Origin: a virus
Taxonomy: Duplodnaviria > Caudoviricetes
Strand: one strand, 5' to 3'
Virus record (IMG/VR): IMGVR_UViG_3300032305_001148
Location: 1 to 34,249 of that record
Length of the DNA stretch: 34,249 nt
The notes under the pieces are model-generated. The model made no database searches, was not told where the DNA came from, and was given only the letters and a program-made list of their open reading frames with translations. Positions 17,441 through 25,209 of this stretch are shown one piece after another; the first letter of the stretch is position 1; each line of letters starts with the position of its first letter. The translations under genes and the position numbers were made by a program.

Positions 17441-17489
17441 AGTGACCCCTCTGTTTGAGCTTCCATGGAGAGGCTTGAGGGGTGTTTGA

Positions 17490-18332
17490 TCAAAGGAGCT
17501 CGCCTGAAGCGGCAAGCCGATCTTCCACATCAAGGCGGAAGGCCGGGTCCTGCTGGTAGCGAGGATTGGACAGGTCGCGCCTCAGCTCTGCCTCAGACCG
17601 GTAGGGTTTGATCCCTGTTGCCTTGGCTCTGCCTCCTGACACTGGCTCCCCATCAAAGCCCACGGCCGCCTTGTAGCGGTTGGTGAGGGCCTCCACAGCA
17701 AACCGTGTAGCGGCCTTGTTGCCTGAGGTAATGACCTGGTCGTAGGCGGCTCGATCCTCAGGCGAAAGGTTATCCGCTGCCCAAGCCAGGGCCTGGTTGT
17801 AGGCCTCTTGTCCACCCACAGAAGTGACGATCTCCTGGGCCTCTGCGTCGGAGATGGGAGCAGGAACCTCAGTCTGAGACTGCAGCTTCTGCCATGCTTT
17901 GATCAGGTCGGCACTGGGCAGGGCCTCGAGTTTAGCCACGGTGGCCTCGTCGAGCTTGCCCTCGTTCTTGTAGAACTCCTCAGAGGCCTCCTTGAGGGCC
18001 GTCTCGGCCTCCGATTCCTCCTCTACAGGGGCTTCATCAGAAGCCTCCTCAGAGGCATCTTCTAGGCCATCCTCAGAGGGCTCACCCTTCTTGCTTTGCT
18101 CGGCCTTGTAGGCGAGCTCCTTTTGCATCAGGGCGTAAACCTCGGCGGCCGACTTCCCTTGGTATTTCTCGGGTAGCTGACCAACCTCTTGCTCTTGGGC
18201 CTCACGAGCACGGGCGAAGAGATCCTCCTCCTGCTTTGCTTGGGCTTCTGCGAGGCGTTCGCCGACCTCAAGAGCTGTTTGCTCCCGGACCAGTCGTTGG
18301 GCCTCGTCGATTTCGTCGTGAATGACGCTCAT
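17490..18332 (-). CDS. capsid scaffolding protein (gp9)
   Basis: Acidic. LPEKYQGKS, VGGQEAY...WAADNL and SNPRYQQDPAFRLDVEDRL motifs. Lies between portal and capsid. Confidence 0.92.
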   Translation of the reverse strand: MSVIHDEIDEAQRLVREQTALEVGERLAEAQAKQEEDLFARAREAQEQEVGQLPEKYQGKSAAEVYALMQKELAYKAEQSKKGEPSEDGLEDASEEASDEAPVEEESEAETALKEASEEFYKNEGKLDEATVAKLEALPSADLIKAWQKLQSQTEVPAPISDAEAQEIVTSVGGQEAYNQALAWAADNLSPEDRAAYDQVITSGNKAATRFAVEALTNRYKAAVGFDGEPVSGGRAKATGIKPYRSEAELRRDLSNPRYQQDPAFRLDVEDRLAASGELL

Positions 18333-18622
18333 GAATTAGGGGTGCTGGGGGGTTCGGATACGACAAGCTTTAGGTGGTTGAAGCCAGGAGTCCGGATAAG
18401 GGACTTCGCCCCAATGAGGGGGCGAGCTACCTTATTCTTCACCGTTGGTTTGCCCACCGTGGGGCGGGTTGTGGAACGGATCGAAAGCTCGATGGTTTGA
18501 TTGGTGGGAAGAGGTGTAAGCTCAACCGGGTCCTCCGGGGAGGCCAGGGGTTGGAGCTCCAGCGGGGGCGGAGTTTTGGGTGGAGAGGTTGCTGAGCGCC
18601 TCGGGCGCGTCGGGGTTGGCAC
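18329..18622 (-). CDS. hypothetical protein between portal and scaffold
   Basis: Pro-rich N-terminus and basic C-terminus. ATGA-coupled to the scaffold start and fills an otherwise empty 190-nt gap; overlaps the portal 3' end by 101 nt. Confidence 0.6.
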   Translation of the reverse strand: MPTPTRPRRSATSPPKTPPPLELQPLASPEDPVELTPLPTNQTIELSIRSTTRPTVGKPTVKNKVARPLIGAKSLIRTPGFNHLKLVVSEPPSTPNS

Positions 18623-20177
18623 GGGGATCCATCATAGGGGCTTTGACCAGCTGACCGGCCTGATCGACCAGGGACTGCTGGATCTGAACGGCTTGGGCTT
18701 CTTTCTGGGAAGCGTCTTGTTGTTCTTGAGTGTAGAGCAGGCCGACAGGATCAATGCCGTCTGAGGTGAACAGGCGCTTGATGAACTCGTCGACGTTGAC
18801 CTTCTTGGCAAAGACGTCAGGACCAAGGGCCTGTTGGATGGTGGTGGCCACACGAAGCAGGGCCTCTCGATCCTGGCCGCGGCCGATGCCGTCAAGGCCT
18901 GCCACCACGGTAGGCAGAACGAGACCCTTGGGCAACTTGGGAAGCTGGCCCTTGCGTTGGAGCACCGACAGTCGGCGCTTCAGGAAGGGGACGGCCACCT
19001 CGGTGGTGAGCGTGCCCATGATGCCTGATAGCTGCTCCATGACCTCCTGCTGGACCGCACGGACCTCCTCGGCCGTGGTGCGTTCCGACTGACGTACAGA
19101 CAGGATCAGGAAGGCTTCAGACAGTGACTTGATCAGGGACTGAGCCATCTGATAGGCAGTGGCCATGTCGGCCTGCTTTCCAGTAAGCACAGGAACCAAG
19201 TCCTCAGGGCGCCCCACCAAGATGTCACCATTCTCGGCTTGAGCAAACTCCGCCGGTTTAGTGATGGCTCCAGGGCTCAGAAGGTAGATGATCTTGGCAG
19301 CCACGGCCGAGCCTTCCACCAGGGACTGAGTCAGACCCTCGAGGCTCTGGAGGTCACCAATGAACTCCTCCAGGCGGCCACGTCCGTAGTTCTCACCATC
19401 GACGATGTTGAAGCGAATCGGGATCCAAGCAGGAGCATCCACAGGGCATTGCCCGTCGGACTTCTCTAGCTTGACTCCATCAATTTCTTGGTACCATACC
19501 CATTGCCCATCTTTAACCTTGGCCCATGTATAGACCAAGACCTCACCCTCTTCAAGAGTGACTTCAGAAACCGACGAGGGGCCAGTGGAATCATTCTGGA
19601 CTCCATTGACTTTCTTCTCATCGATTTGAAAGCGGGCAGGCAGTGTGCTTCGATCGACGCCTTCAACGGTGACAATCTCGACAGGGCGGCTATTGCCATC
19701 CCGAACGCAGACGTACCGATCGAGTGGGTAGAACTTGAGGCCATCCTTGCTATCAAACAACAGGCCATTGCCGGTGGCCACACCATGGCGAATGCCTTGG
19801 GTTAGGATTACCCGATCCAAGCCACCAGTGATGCTTTGATTGACGATGCGTTCCATCTTGGCCAGACTGGCGTCGACCTCGGAACGGATCTTGGCATTGA
19901 GTTGAGGGTTGGCGACGAACTCACCATCGGAGACTTGTAGCTTGAAGAATGACGTGTTCACAGGGAACAGCGCCATCATGATCTTTGAGGTAATGACGTT
20001 GCATCCTCGGGCTCCCATGGACTGCCAAGGAGTGGGCAGCTTGTTTCCCGGACTGTGCCCAGAGGGAGGAAGCAGATACGGCAGGGATAGGGACGTGGCC
20101 TTGCGAGCAGCATCAAGCGGCTCGGTCCGGTCGGTTGTCAGAAACTCATAGCGGGCTGCAGCGGTGCGACTCTTCAC
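18522..20177 (-). CDS. head-tail connector / portal protein (gp8)
   Basis: PWQSMGARG, LFPVNTSFFKL, YVCVRDGN, GENYGRGRLEEFIGDL and RQSERTTAEEVR motifs. Confidence 0.96.
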   Translation of the reverse strand: MKSRTAAARYEFLTTDRTEPLDAARKATSLSLPYLLPPSGHSPGNKLPTPWQSMGARGCNVITSKIMMALFPVNTSFFKLQVSDGEFVANPQLNAKIRSEVDASLAKMERIVNQSITGGLDRVILTQGIRHGVATGNGLLFDSKDGLKFYPLDRYVCVRDGNSRPVEIVTVEGVDRSTLPARFQIDEKKVNGVQNDSTGPSSVSEVTLEEGEVLVYTWAKVKDGQWVWYQEIDGVKLEKSDGQCPVDAPAWIPIRFNIVDGENYGRGRLEEFIGDLQSLEGLTQSLVEGSAVAAKIIYLLSPGAITKPAEFAQAENGDILVGRPEDLVPVLTGKQADMATAYQMAQSLIKSLSEAFLILSVRQSERTTAEEVRAVQQEVMEQLSGIMGTLTTEVAVPFLKRRLSVLQRKGQLPKLPKGLVLPTVVAGLDGIGRGQDREALLRVATTIQQALGPDVFAKKVNVDEFIKRLFTSDGIDPVGLLYTQEQQDASQKEAQAVQIQQSLVDQAGQLVKAPMMDPRANPDAPEALSNLSTQNSAPAGAPTPGLPGGPG

Positions 20178-20437
20178 GGCTTACTCCCAGCGAGAGGAAT
20201 GAGCAGGCGGGACGGACCACGGGCTGCCTGTTTTGGTGCGGTGCGCTGCTCTTCCGTTCTGCGAATGATTCCTGCACCGGTCGGTGAGGCAGCCATCCAC
20301 GAAGGAAGCACCGGGGCTGGCGGTGCTGGAGCAGGCTCTGGAATGGCAGCCTTGGCTGTGGCTCTGGCGGCCTCAGCGTTTGCTGCAGGAGTTGGAGGAG
20401 GTGGAGTTGGTCGTGAAGAACTACGAAATAGGCACAT
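20174..20437 (-). CDS. small Pro-rich virion-associated protein (gp6.7/gp7.3 position)
   Basis: Starts MCLF, Pro/Ala-rich, ends GPSRLLIPL like pre-portal T7-like proteins. GTGA overlap with the portal start. Confidence 0.65.
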   Translation of the reverse strand: MCLFRSSSRPTPPPPTPAANAEAARATAKAAIPEPAPAPPAPVLPSWMAASPTGAGIIRRTEEQRTAPKQAARGPSRLLIPLAGSKP

Positions 20438-20440
20438 AGT

Positions 20441-20719
20441 CTATGGCGCAATGGAAAGACGGGCCTTTTCTCTCTTAACCCGTTGGCTTTCCAAACCAAA
20501 CGGACTATCCAAGACTGGGGCTTCTGCAAATCTATTGGAGGATGTAACTGACTCAATCGTACCCAATCCCCCAGGAAGAGTCATGCTCTGCTGGATCATG
20601 TTGCCAGTGTCTGGAGCCTGAGTCAGTCCCAGATCGGGAGGAGTAGGTTCCGGCGGCGGCGGCGGTGGTGGAGGAGGTGATGGAGATGATCTACGTCTCG
20701 AACCGCTGGACAAACACAT
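20441..20719 (-). CDS. small Pro-rich protein (gp6.7-like position)
   Basis: Starts MCLS, contains a poly-Pro tract, ends ARLSIAP. Tandem with a similar gene. Confidence 0.6.
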   Translation of the reverse strand: MCLSSGSRRRSSPSPPPPPPPPPEPTPPDLGLTQAPDTGNMIQQSMTLPGGLGTIESVTSSNRFAEAPVLDSPFGLESQRVKREKARLSIAP

Positions 20720-20737
20720 GGGAAAGGTAGCAAAGTA

Positions 20738-20941
20738 TCAGGTCAGATCCTGGTCAAGGTTGAAGTTATCGCGGGCCTCTTTTAGGCGACGGCAGATGTC
20801 AACCTGACCAGCTCGAAATGCAAACTCCTTCTCAGTCAAGGTGATCGAAGGGTAGGAGTCAGGAAAGGCTTCGATAAGCTGATCGACAAGGATGCGCAGC
20901 GGGTCAGCCATAGGAGGGAAGATCGACGTTGGATGCTTCAA
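20738..20941 (-). CDS. hypothetical protein (T7 gp6.5-like position)
   Basis: L...FPD.....E..FRAGQVDI.RRLK pattern common at this locus. Alternative start at 20911. Confidence 0.65.
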   Translation of the reverse strand: MKHPTSIFPPMADPLRILVDQLIEAFPDSYPSITLTEKEFAFRAGQVDICRRLKEARDNFNLDQDLT

Positions 20942-21626
20942 AGAAAGCTGGCATGCGTGCCGATCGAGTTGCGCTCAGCTCAGGGGCCTTGCCGCGTTCG
21001 TAGAGGTTGTCGGAGGCTTGCTGCCAGAAGGTGCCGGACAGCTGGCCATTGCCCGGGAGCTTGGTGAAGACCCAGTCTACGGTTGCCCGCCGCAGAGAAT
21101 TGAGGCTTGGTGAGGGCTTGAGGCCAAGCTCTGAAGCCACCATGTGGTGGACTGCAACGTGGACTTGCTCGTCTCGGCTGATGTCGGCAGCGACTGTTCG
21201 GATCCCAACGTCCCCGGCGAACCTGAGGAAGGGCAGGAGGACGAAGAAGACGGAGCGTTCAAGGATGGCAGCCTTAAGGATGGGGTGGTCGGGGTGATCA
21301 ATCCAGGCGTCGCGGATATTGAAGCCCGTGACCTCGTCCTTGGCGTGGGTGCCGTGGGCGTCGACCACGAACTGCAGGGCTTGATCGTGGCGCTCTTCGT
21401 CGGCCATGTTGGACTTCAGGGCCTCCACCACACCATCAGTGGATGGAAGGTCCCGGGCGAGTCCAGCCTCGAGAAGGTCACGGACAGGAAGCTCAAGATG
21501 CCGAAGAGCCAAGCAACGCTGAAGGGTCTCACGAGTGCCCTCTTTGACGAGCCCAGCGGAAACCTGGGTGGGGGCCCAGGTGCGCTTGCGGGTTAGGACG
21601 GAGACATAAGGACTAGGGGAGCTCAT
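20904..21626 (-). CDS. nrdB: ferritin-like ribonucleotide reductase beta subunit (atypical)
   Basis: Dimetal ligands LE, DEERH, LE and DEQVH, with C-terminal PSYG. Downstream of RNR alpha. Confidence 0.72.
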   Translation of the reverse strand: MSSPSPYVSVLTRKRTWAPTQVSAGLVKEGTRETLQRCLALRHLELPVRDLLEAGLARDLPSTDGVVEALKSNMADEERHDQALQFVVDAHGTHAKDEVTGFNIRDAWIDHPDHPILKAAILERSVFFVLLPFLRFAGDVGIRTVAADISRDEQVHVAVHHMVASELGLKPSPSLNSLRRATVDWVFTKLPGNGQLSGTFWQQASDNLYERGKAPELSATRSARMPAFFEASNVDLPSYG

Positions 21627-21979
21627 CAGATGACGGTGCGAGTGAGGTGATTTGGATCGGATTCATCCAAGGCATGGACTTCGGGGCCAAAGCCGGTGGC
21701 TAGCAGCTCATCCGATAACGGCAAAGCTGTTTGTGGCTCATGAGTTGATGGTTGGTGATCCACAACAGGGTCAAAGCTGCGAAGCCATTCCCTGATTGCA
21801 TCGCCCGTTGGTGTTTTTGCTGGCCAGCTGATAAACCTCAGCATGGCCTTACGGTCAGTAAAGCACATGCTGGTGTTAGGTTTCCAGACAATGAAGCCCT
21901 CGCCATTCCACCGGTCAACCTGTCTTTCAATAAACAAGGCACCAGGAACTTGAAAGCGTTGGAATTTTATTCGCTGCAC
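21626..21979 (-). CDS. hypothetical protein between RNR alpha and beta
   Basis: 117 aa, overlaps both neighbours, no recognisable motif. Confidence 0.65.
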   Translation of the reverse strand: MQRIKFQRFQVPGALFIERQVDRWNGEGFIVWKPNTSMCFTDRKAMLRFISWPAKTPTGDAIREWLRSFDPVVDHQPSTHEPQTALPLSDELLATGFGPEVHALDESDPNHLTRTVI

Positions 21980-23394
21980 CCCCCATTGACTCCACTGCAG
22001 AATCCAGCCACAACTTCTTCGTCGTCCTCTTCGATGGGATCGAACTTAAACCAGCTGGCATCATTTCCCAGGATCCCTAGGGCATCGTCCTTGGCCTGAG
22101 TGTCAGGGGCCACCTGGAGGGCGTAGTACAGGCTAGTCTGGGGACCATGCAGCCAATCAATCAGGAAAGACCGATCGTAGGTGACCTGGTCGCTCCAAGA
22201 GTTGAAGCTATAGCCGTGGAATAGGTTGTCGTTTTTGAAAAGGGTGACGATCAGGTCAGCCACATCGCTATAGTCCTGCCAGCCAACCTCGGCGGCAGTC
22301 TCGACATTCGGTGGATACTCGTAGGTCTGCACTCCAAAGGTGCCAGAATCCCGATCGATGCTGCGGCTGATGGGAGGAGCCAGTTCAGGGGTACAGGCAT
22401 AGCCACGCAGGTCCACGCTGCGATACGAGCATGAGGCCGTAGGGGCGATGGCAAAGGCACGCTTCAATCCAGCCGCTTTGGCAATATCGGTGGCCCGGTC
22501 GATGGCTTTCATAAGGCCGCGAGTGATGGCCAGCGCCTTGGAACTGGAATCAGGAACTTCCTCACCATGCGACCATGCGCGGGAAACCGCAGCCAGTTCG
22601 GCATAGGTGACGCCCTCTTGAGCAAGGAAGTTGGCCAGACCCAGAATGCCCAATCCAACCTGCTTGTCGTCGTCGGGGCCAAGGTAGACCCCTGCCTCGC
22701 CTACTCCAGTCTTTGGATGGAGTTCCACCAAGGAGGTCATGCCCTCAACGAAGGCCTCTTCCAAGGTGTCGAGAGTGCATTGGCCCAGGTTGACGTGCTG
22801 CAGAAGGCACGTTCCCCGATGGGGAAGGTAGACTTCCAGACAGACGTTGCCCCAGATCCGGTGCTGGTTCTCGTCGAAACGGATCTTGTTGAGCCACAGG
22901 TCACCGGAGGCAATCGCCTTGAGGACGGCCTGGATGAACTCGTCGGAGGAGTTGTTCAGGAAGTCCGCATCGACATCAAGGCACCGTTTGCACCAGGGCA
23001 GCTCACGACGATCGGCCGTGACAAACTCAAGGGCATCGGGGTGGTCGTAGTCCAGGTGAAGCGTGATGGCGCCATTCTTGAAGGTACCGCCACGTCGGAG
23101 GATCTCGTTGAGGCTGCTGTAGATCTTAGCAAAGGATACAGGGCCACTTGCGGTCAGGCCGCGGCCGTTGTCGGATCCCTTGGGACGGAGTCTACTGAGA
23201 TGAATAGCGCAGCCGGCCCCATTGCGGAGGGCATAGGAAGCAAACCTCCACGAGGCCTCGATGCCATCAGGACCTTCCATTGTGTCCTCAACGACGAACA
23301 CCGTGCACGACACTGGCAGCCGGCTCTCCGGGTTGTCGACCCAGGACTGCACACGACCAGTGCGGGAGATGAGCTTGGAGACGGACGGGGTCAT
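21967..23394 (-). CDS. nrdA: ribonucleotide reductase alpha subunit (minimal cyanopodovirus type)
   Basis: PVSC, NVCLE (N-x-C-x-E), TCLLQHVNL, VGLGILGLA, IAPTASCS, SLYY and a C-terminal Cys pair. No ATP cone. Confidence 0.9.
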   Translation of the reverse strand: MTPSVSKLISRTGRVQSWVDNPESRLPVSCTVFVVEDTMEGPDGIEASWRFASYALRNGAGCAIHLSRLRPKGSDNGRGLTASGPVSFAKIYSSLNEILRRGGTFKNGAITLHLDYDHPDALEFVTADRRELPWCKRCLDVDADFLNNSSDEFIQAVLKAIASGDLWLNKIRFDENQHRIWGNVCLEVYLPHRGTCLLQHVNLGQCTLDTLEEAFVEGMTSLVELHPKTGVGEAGVYLGPDDDKQVGLGILGLANFLAQEGVTYAELAAVSRAWSHGEEVPDSSSKALAITRGLMKAIDRATDIAKAAGLKRAFAIAPTASCSYRSVDLRGYACTPELAPPISRSIDRDSGTFGVQTYEYPPNVETAAEVGWQDYSDVADLIVTLFKNDNLFHGYSFNSWSDQVTYDRSFLIDWLHGPQTSLYYALQVAPDTQAKDDALGILGNDASWFKFDPIEEDDEEVVAGFCSGVNGGCSE

Positions 23395-23573
23395 GTGTTG
23401 TTTTCGGTGACGAGAGGACTGAGAAGTTTGTATTCACCGCACCAGTCGGATGACTTGACGGTCGGGAAATGGGAGTTCTGGAAATCCCCTTCAATGAACT
23501 TTGGAGGATACCGACGACAACTCACATCGTGCCAATCATGGTAGCGACAGGTGTGACAGGTAGGATGGCTCAT
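23391..23573 (-). CDS. small 4-Cys protein (metal or Fe-S binding candidate)
   Basis: CHTC-x9-CRRYPP...DWCGEY. ATGA overlaps with both neighbours. Confidence 0.72.
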   Translation of the reverse strand: MSHPTCHTCRYHDWHDVSCRRYPPKFIEGDFQNSHFPTVKSSDWCGEYKLLSPLVTENNT

Positions 23574-23950
23574 GGGATCAGATCGGATAACTGGGGCTCG
23601 AAGTAGGATGGACCCTTCACCACCTTACCAGTGGCATCCTTGATTGGCAAGCCATCAATGTCCAGCTTGCTCATGTTAGACTCAAACACCCGGGTGAGCG
23701 CAAGGTCTAGGTTCCAACCCTTGGCCGCGGCAAATTGGTAGCACACGAAGACCAGGTCAGCTAGCTCCTTGAGAGTGTGGGCTTCGTCGGTCTCGGCATT
23801 GGCTTCGAGAAACTCGGCAAACTCCTCGTCGATCAGACCCAGCTGGAAGCCAGCGGTCTCAGGAGCAGGGGTCTTGACTCCAAAGGCATTCCTCCAACGG
23901 AGAGTCTCCTCAGTGTGACTCATGTCGGGGACGTTGTCGGTTCGGTTCAC
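23570..23950 (-). CDS. MazG-like / PRA-PH-like NTP pyrophosphohydrolase
   Basis: LIDEEFAEFLEA, LKELADLVFV, VFESNMSKL and GKVVKGPSY motifs. Confidence 0.85.
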   Translation of the reverse strand: MNRTDNVPDMSHTEETLRWRNAFGVKTPAPETAGFQLGLIDEEFAEFLEANAETDEAHTLKELADLVFVCYQFAAAKGWNLDLALTRVFESNMSKLDIDGLPIKDATGKVVKGPSYFEPQLSDLIP

Positions 23951-24147
23951 GCAGAATGCTCCAGTTCGTTTTGCAGGTAGTGGATGGCCTTCTTCAGATC
24001 ATCTACTTTGCTGTCCTTGTAACCAGCTCGGCAGATGTACTTGATGGCATTGCCTAGGTGATAGTCAAGACCTTGATCTCGGATGAAGTCCCAAACTTCA
24101 ATCTTCCCTCTTTTGTAGTGGCGTGGGCCGCGGCTCGAAGAGCTCAC
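23947..24147 (-). CDS. DUF3310 protein (T7 gp1.7-like nucleotide kinase family)
   Basis: GPRHY..G.IEVWDFI....L.YHLGNAIKYICRAG.K....DLKKAIHYL. Probable GTG start at 24147; track ORF extends to 24327. Confidence 0.8.
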   Translation of the reverse strand: MSSSSRGPRHYKRGKIEVWDFIRDQGLDYHLGNAIKYICRAGYKDSKVDDLKKAIHYLQNELEHSA

Positions 24148-24394
24148 GGTAGGCTGGGTTGCGCTGGATGGCGCGAAGCTCTCGGTCTCGAAGTTGCCGT
24201 CCGAGCCAGTCGTTTCGAAACGAGCGTCGAGTGATGGCGAGGGAGACGGCCAGTCGTGTCGCGAGCAGCCCTGAATAACAGACCTGTAATAGTCTGCGGA
24301 ACTTGAGCTCGATGAAGGTAGGGACATTGGGATCGTTGAATAGGATGATGATCAGGGCAGCAACGCCCCACCAAAAGATTAGGAGGGTGTCCAT
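24098..24394 (-). CDS. hypothetical membrane-anchored basic protein
   Basis: MDTLLIFWWGVAALIIILF transmembrane segment then an Arg-rich region. Fills the exonuclease-DUF3310 gap. Confidence 0.6.
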   Translation of the reverse strand: MDTLLIFWWGVAALIIILFNDPNVPTFIELKFRRLLQVCYSGLLATRLAVSLAITRRSFRNDWLGRQLRDRELRAIQRNPAYRELFEPRPTPLQKRED

Positions 24395-25113
24395 AGGATG
24401 GGGCGGTGTGCTTTCCAATCATACTCCCCCGGACGGAGGATGCGTGCAAGCTGGGCATTCTGCAAAGCGTCTGCTTCCGTGAGCCCAGCCTTGACGAAGG
24501 CATCCACGATGGCCTCCCACCAAAGCTCCCGGTGGGTCTTCTCCAGGAGAGCTTTTGCCTTGACCGCTCCGATGCCGGGGCAGCCCTTGTAGCCGTCCAC
24601 AGCGTCTCCTGTGAGGATCTGCTGGAAGAAGAAGCGGTCGCATTCCTCCAGGGTGGGGGTAACCTCCTCGGTGCCGTTCCATTGTCGGCATTGGATCTGT
24701 CGAAGGTCCTTGTCTGCGGAGATGAGGACGACGTTCAGATCGGTCTGATGGCAGCGCATACCAAGTAGGTCGTCAGCTTCGAGGCCCTCCACCAGTTGGG
24801 AAGGGTACTGCTCGAGAGCGAGTTTGACCAAGCGATGGAACCCCAAGGGCTTGCGCTTGAGGCGGTTGCCCTTGTATTCAGGATCGACCGTCTTGCGGAA
24901 GTTGTTCCGACCTGTGAAGAAGAGCTCGATGGTGTCGCACTGAAAGTGCTTCTGCCAGAGCTCGATGGTCTCTTGAAAACGACGGCAAGCCTGCGGGAAG
25001 TTGGAGGCCACCATGTGCCAGTCACCATGCTCAACCTCGATCTCCGAGGATTGGCAGGCAATGTAGGCGGGGGTGTCCGCGTCAATGAGAAGGATGTCGG
25101 GTCTTTGAGTCAT
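24379..25113 (-). CDS. 5'-3' exonuclease (T7 gp6-like)
   Basis: LLIDAD, NFRK..P.YKGNR..KP, LEADD, SADKDL.QI and LTGD.VDGY.GCPGIG motifs. Confidence 0.93.
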   Translation of the reverse strand: MTQRPDILLIDADTPAYIACQSSEIEVEHGDWHMVASNFPQACRRFQETIELWQKHFQCDTIELFFTGRNNFRKTVDPEYKGNRLKRKPLGFHRLVKLALEQYPSQLVEGLEADDLLGMRCHQTDLNVVLISADKDLRQIQCRQWNGTEEVTPTLEECDRFFFQQILTGDAVDGYKGCPGIGAVKAKALLEKTHRELWWEAIVDAFVKAGLTEADALQNAQLARILRPGEYDWKAHRPILWTPS

Positions 25114-25208
25114 TTATGAGCGTTAGCAAGGAGGAATCTTAGCTGGCATTCCTTACAGAAGCAGTAGTCCTTTAGCCGGATAGGCTTTGATGATGGGGAT
25201 GGCTTCAT
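25110..25208 (-). CDS. 32-aa Cys-containing micro-protein (not in ORF track)
   Basis: MKPSPSSKPIRLKDYCFCKECQLRFLLANAHK. Starts 1 nt after the DNA polymerase stop and ends in an ATGA overlap with the exonuclease. Confidence 0.55.
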   Translation of the reverse strand: MKPSPSSKPIRLKDYCFCKECQLRFLLANAHK

Positions 25209-25209
25209 A

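Noticed and set aside
17327-17533. 68-aa ORF across the scaffold-capsid gap
   Set aside because: It overlaps the scaffold end and runs through the tRNA-like and hairpin structures, which explain the sequence better.
20640-20690. GGC/GGT/GGA triplet run as a possible repeat array
   Set aside because: It encodes the poly-Pro tract with mixed codons; there is no repeat-spacer structure. No CRISPR array was seen anywhere in the window.
20720-20910. Expected psbA/hli auxiliary genes between RNR and portal
   Set aside because: No such ORFs here. Absence is known in some cyanopodoviruses, and the window may not be the whole genome.
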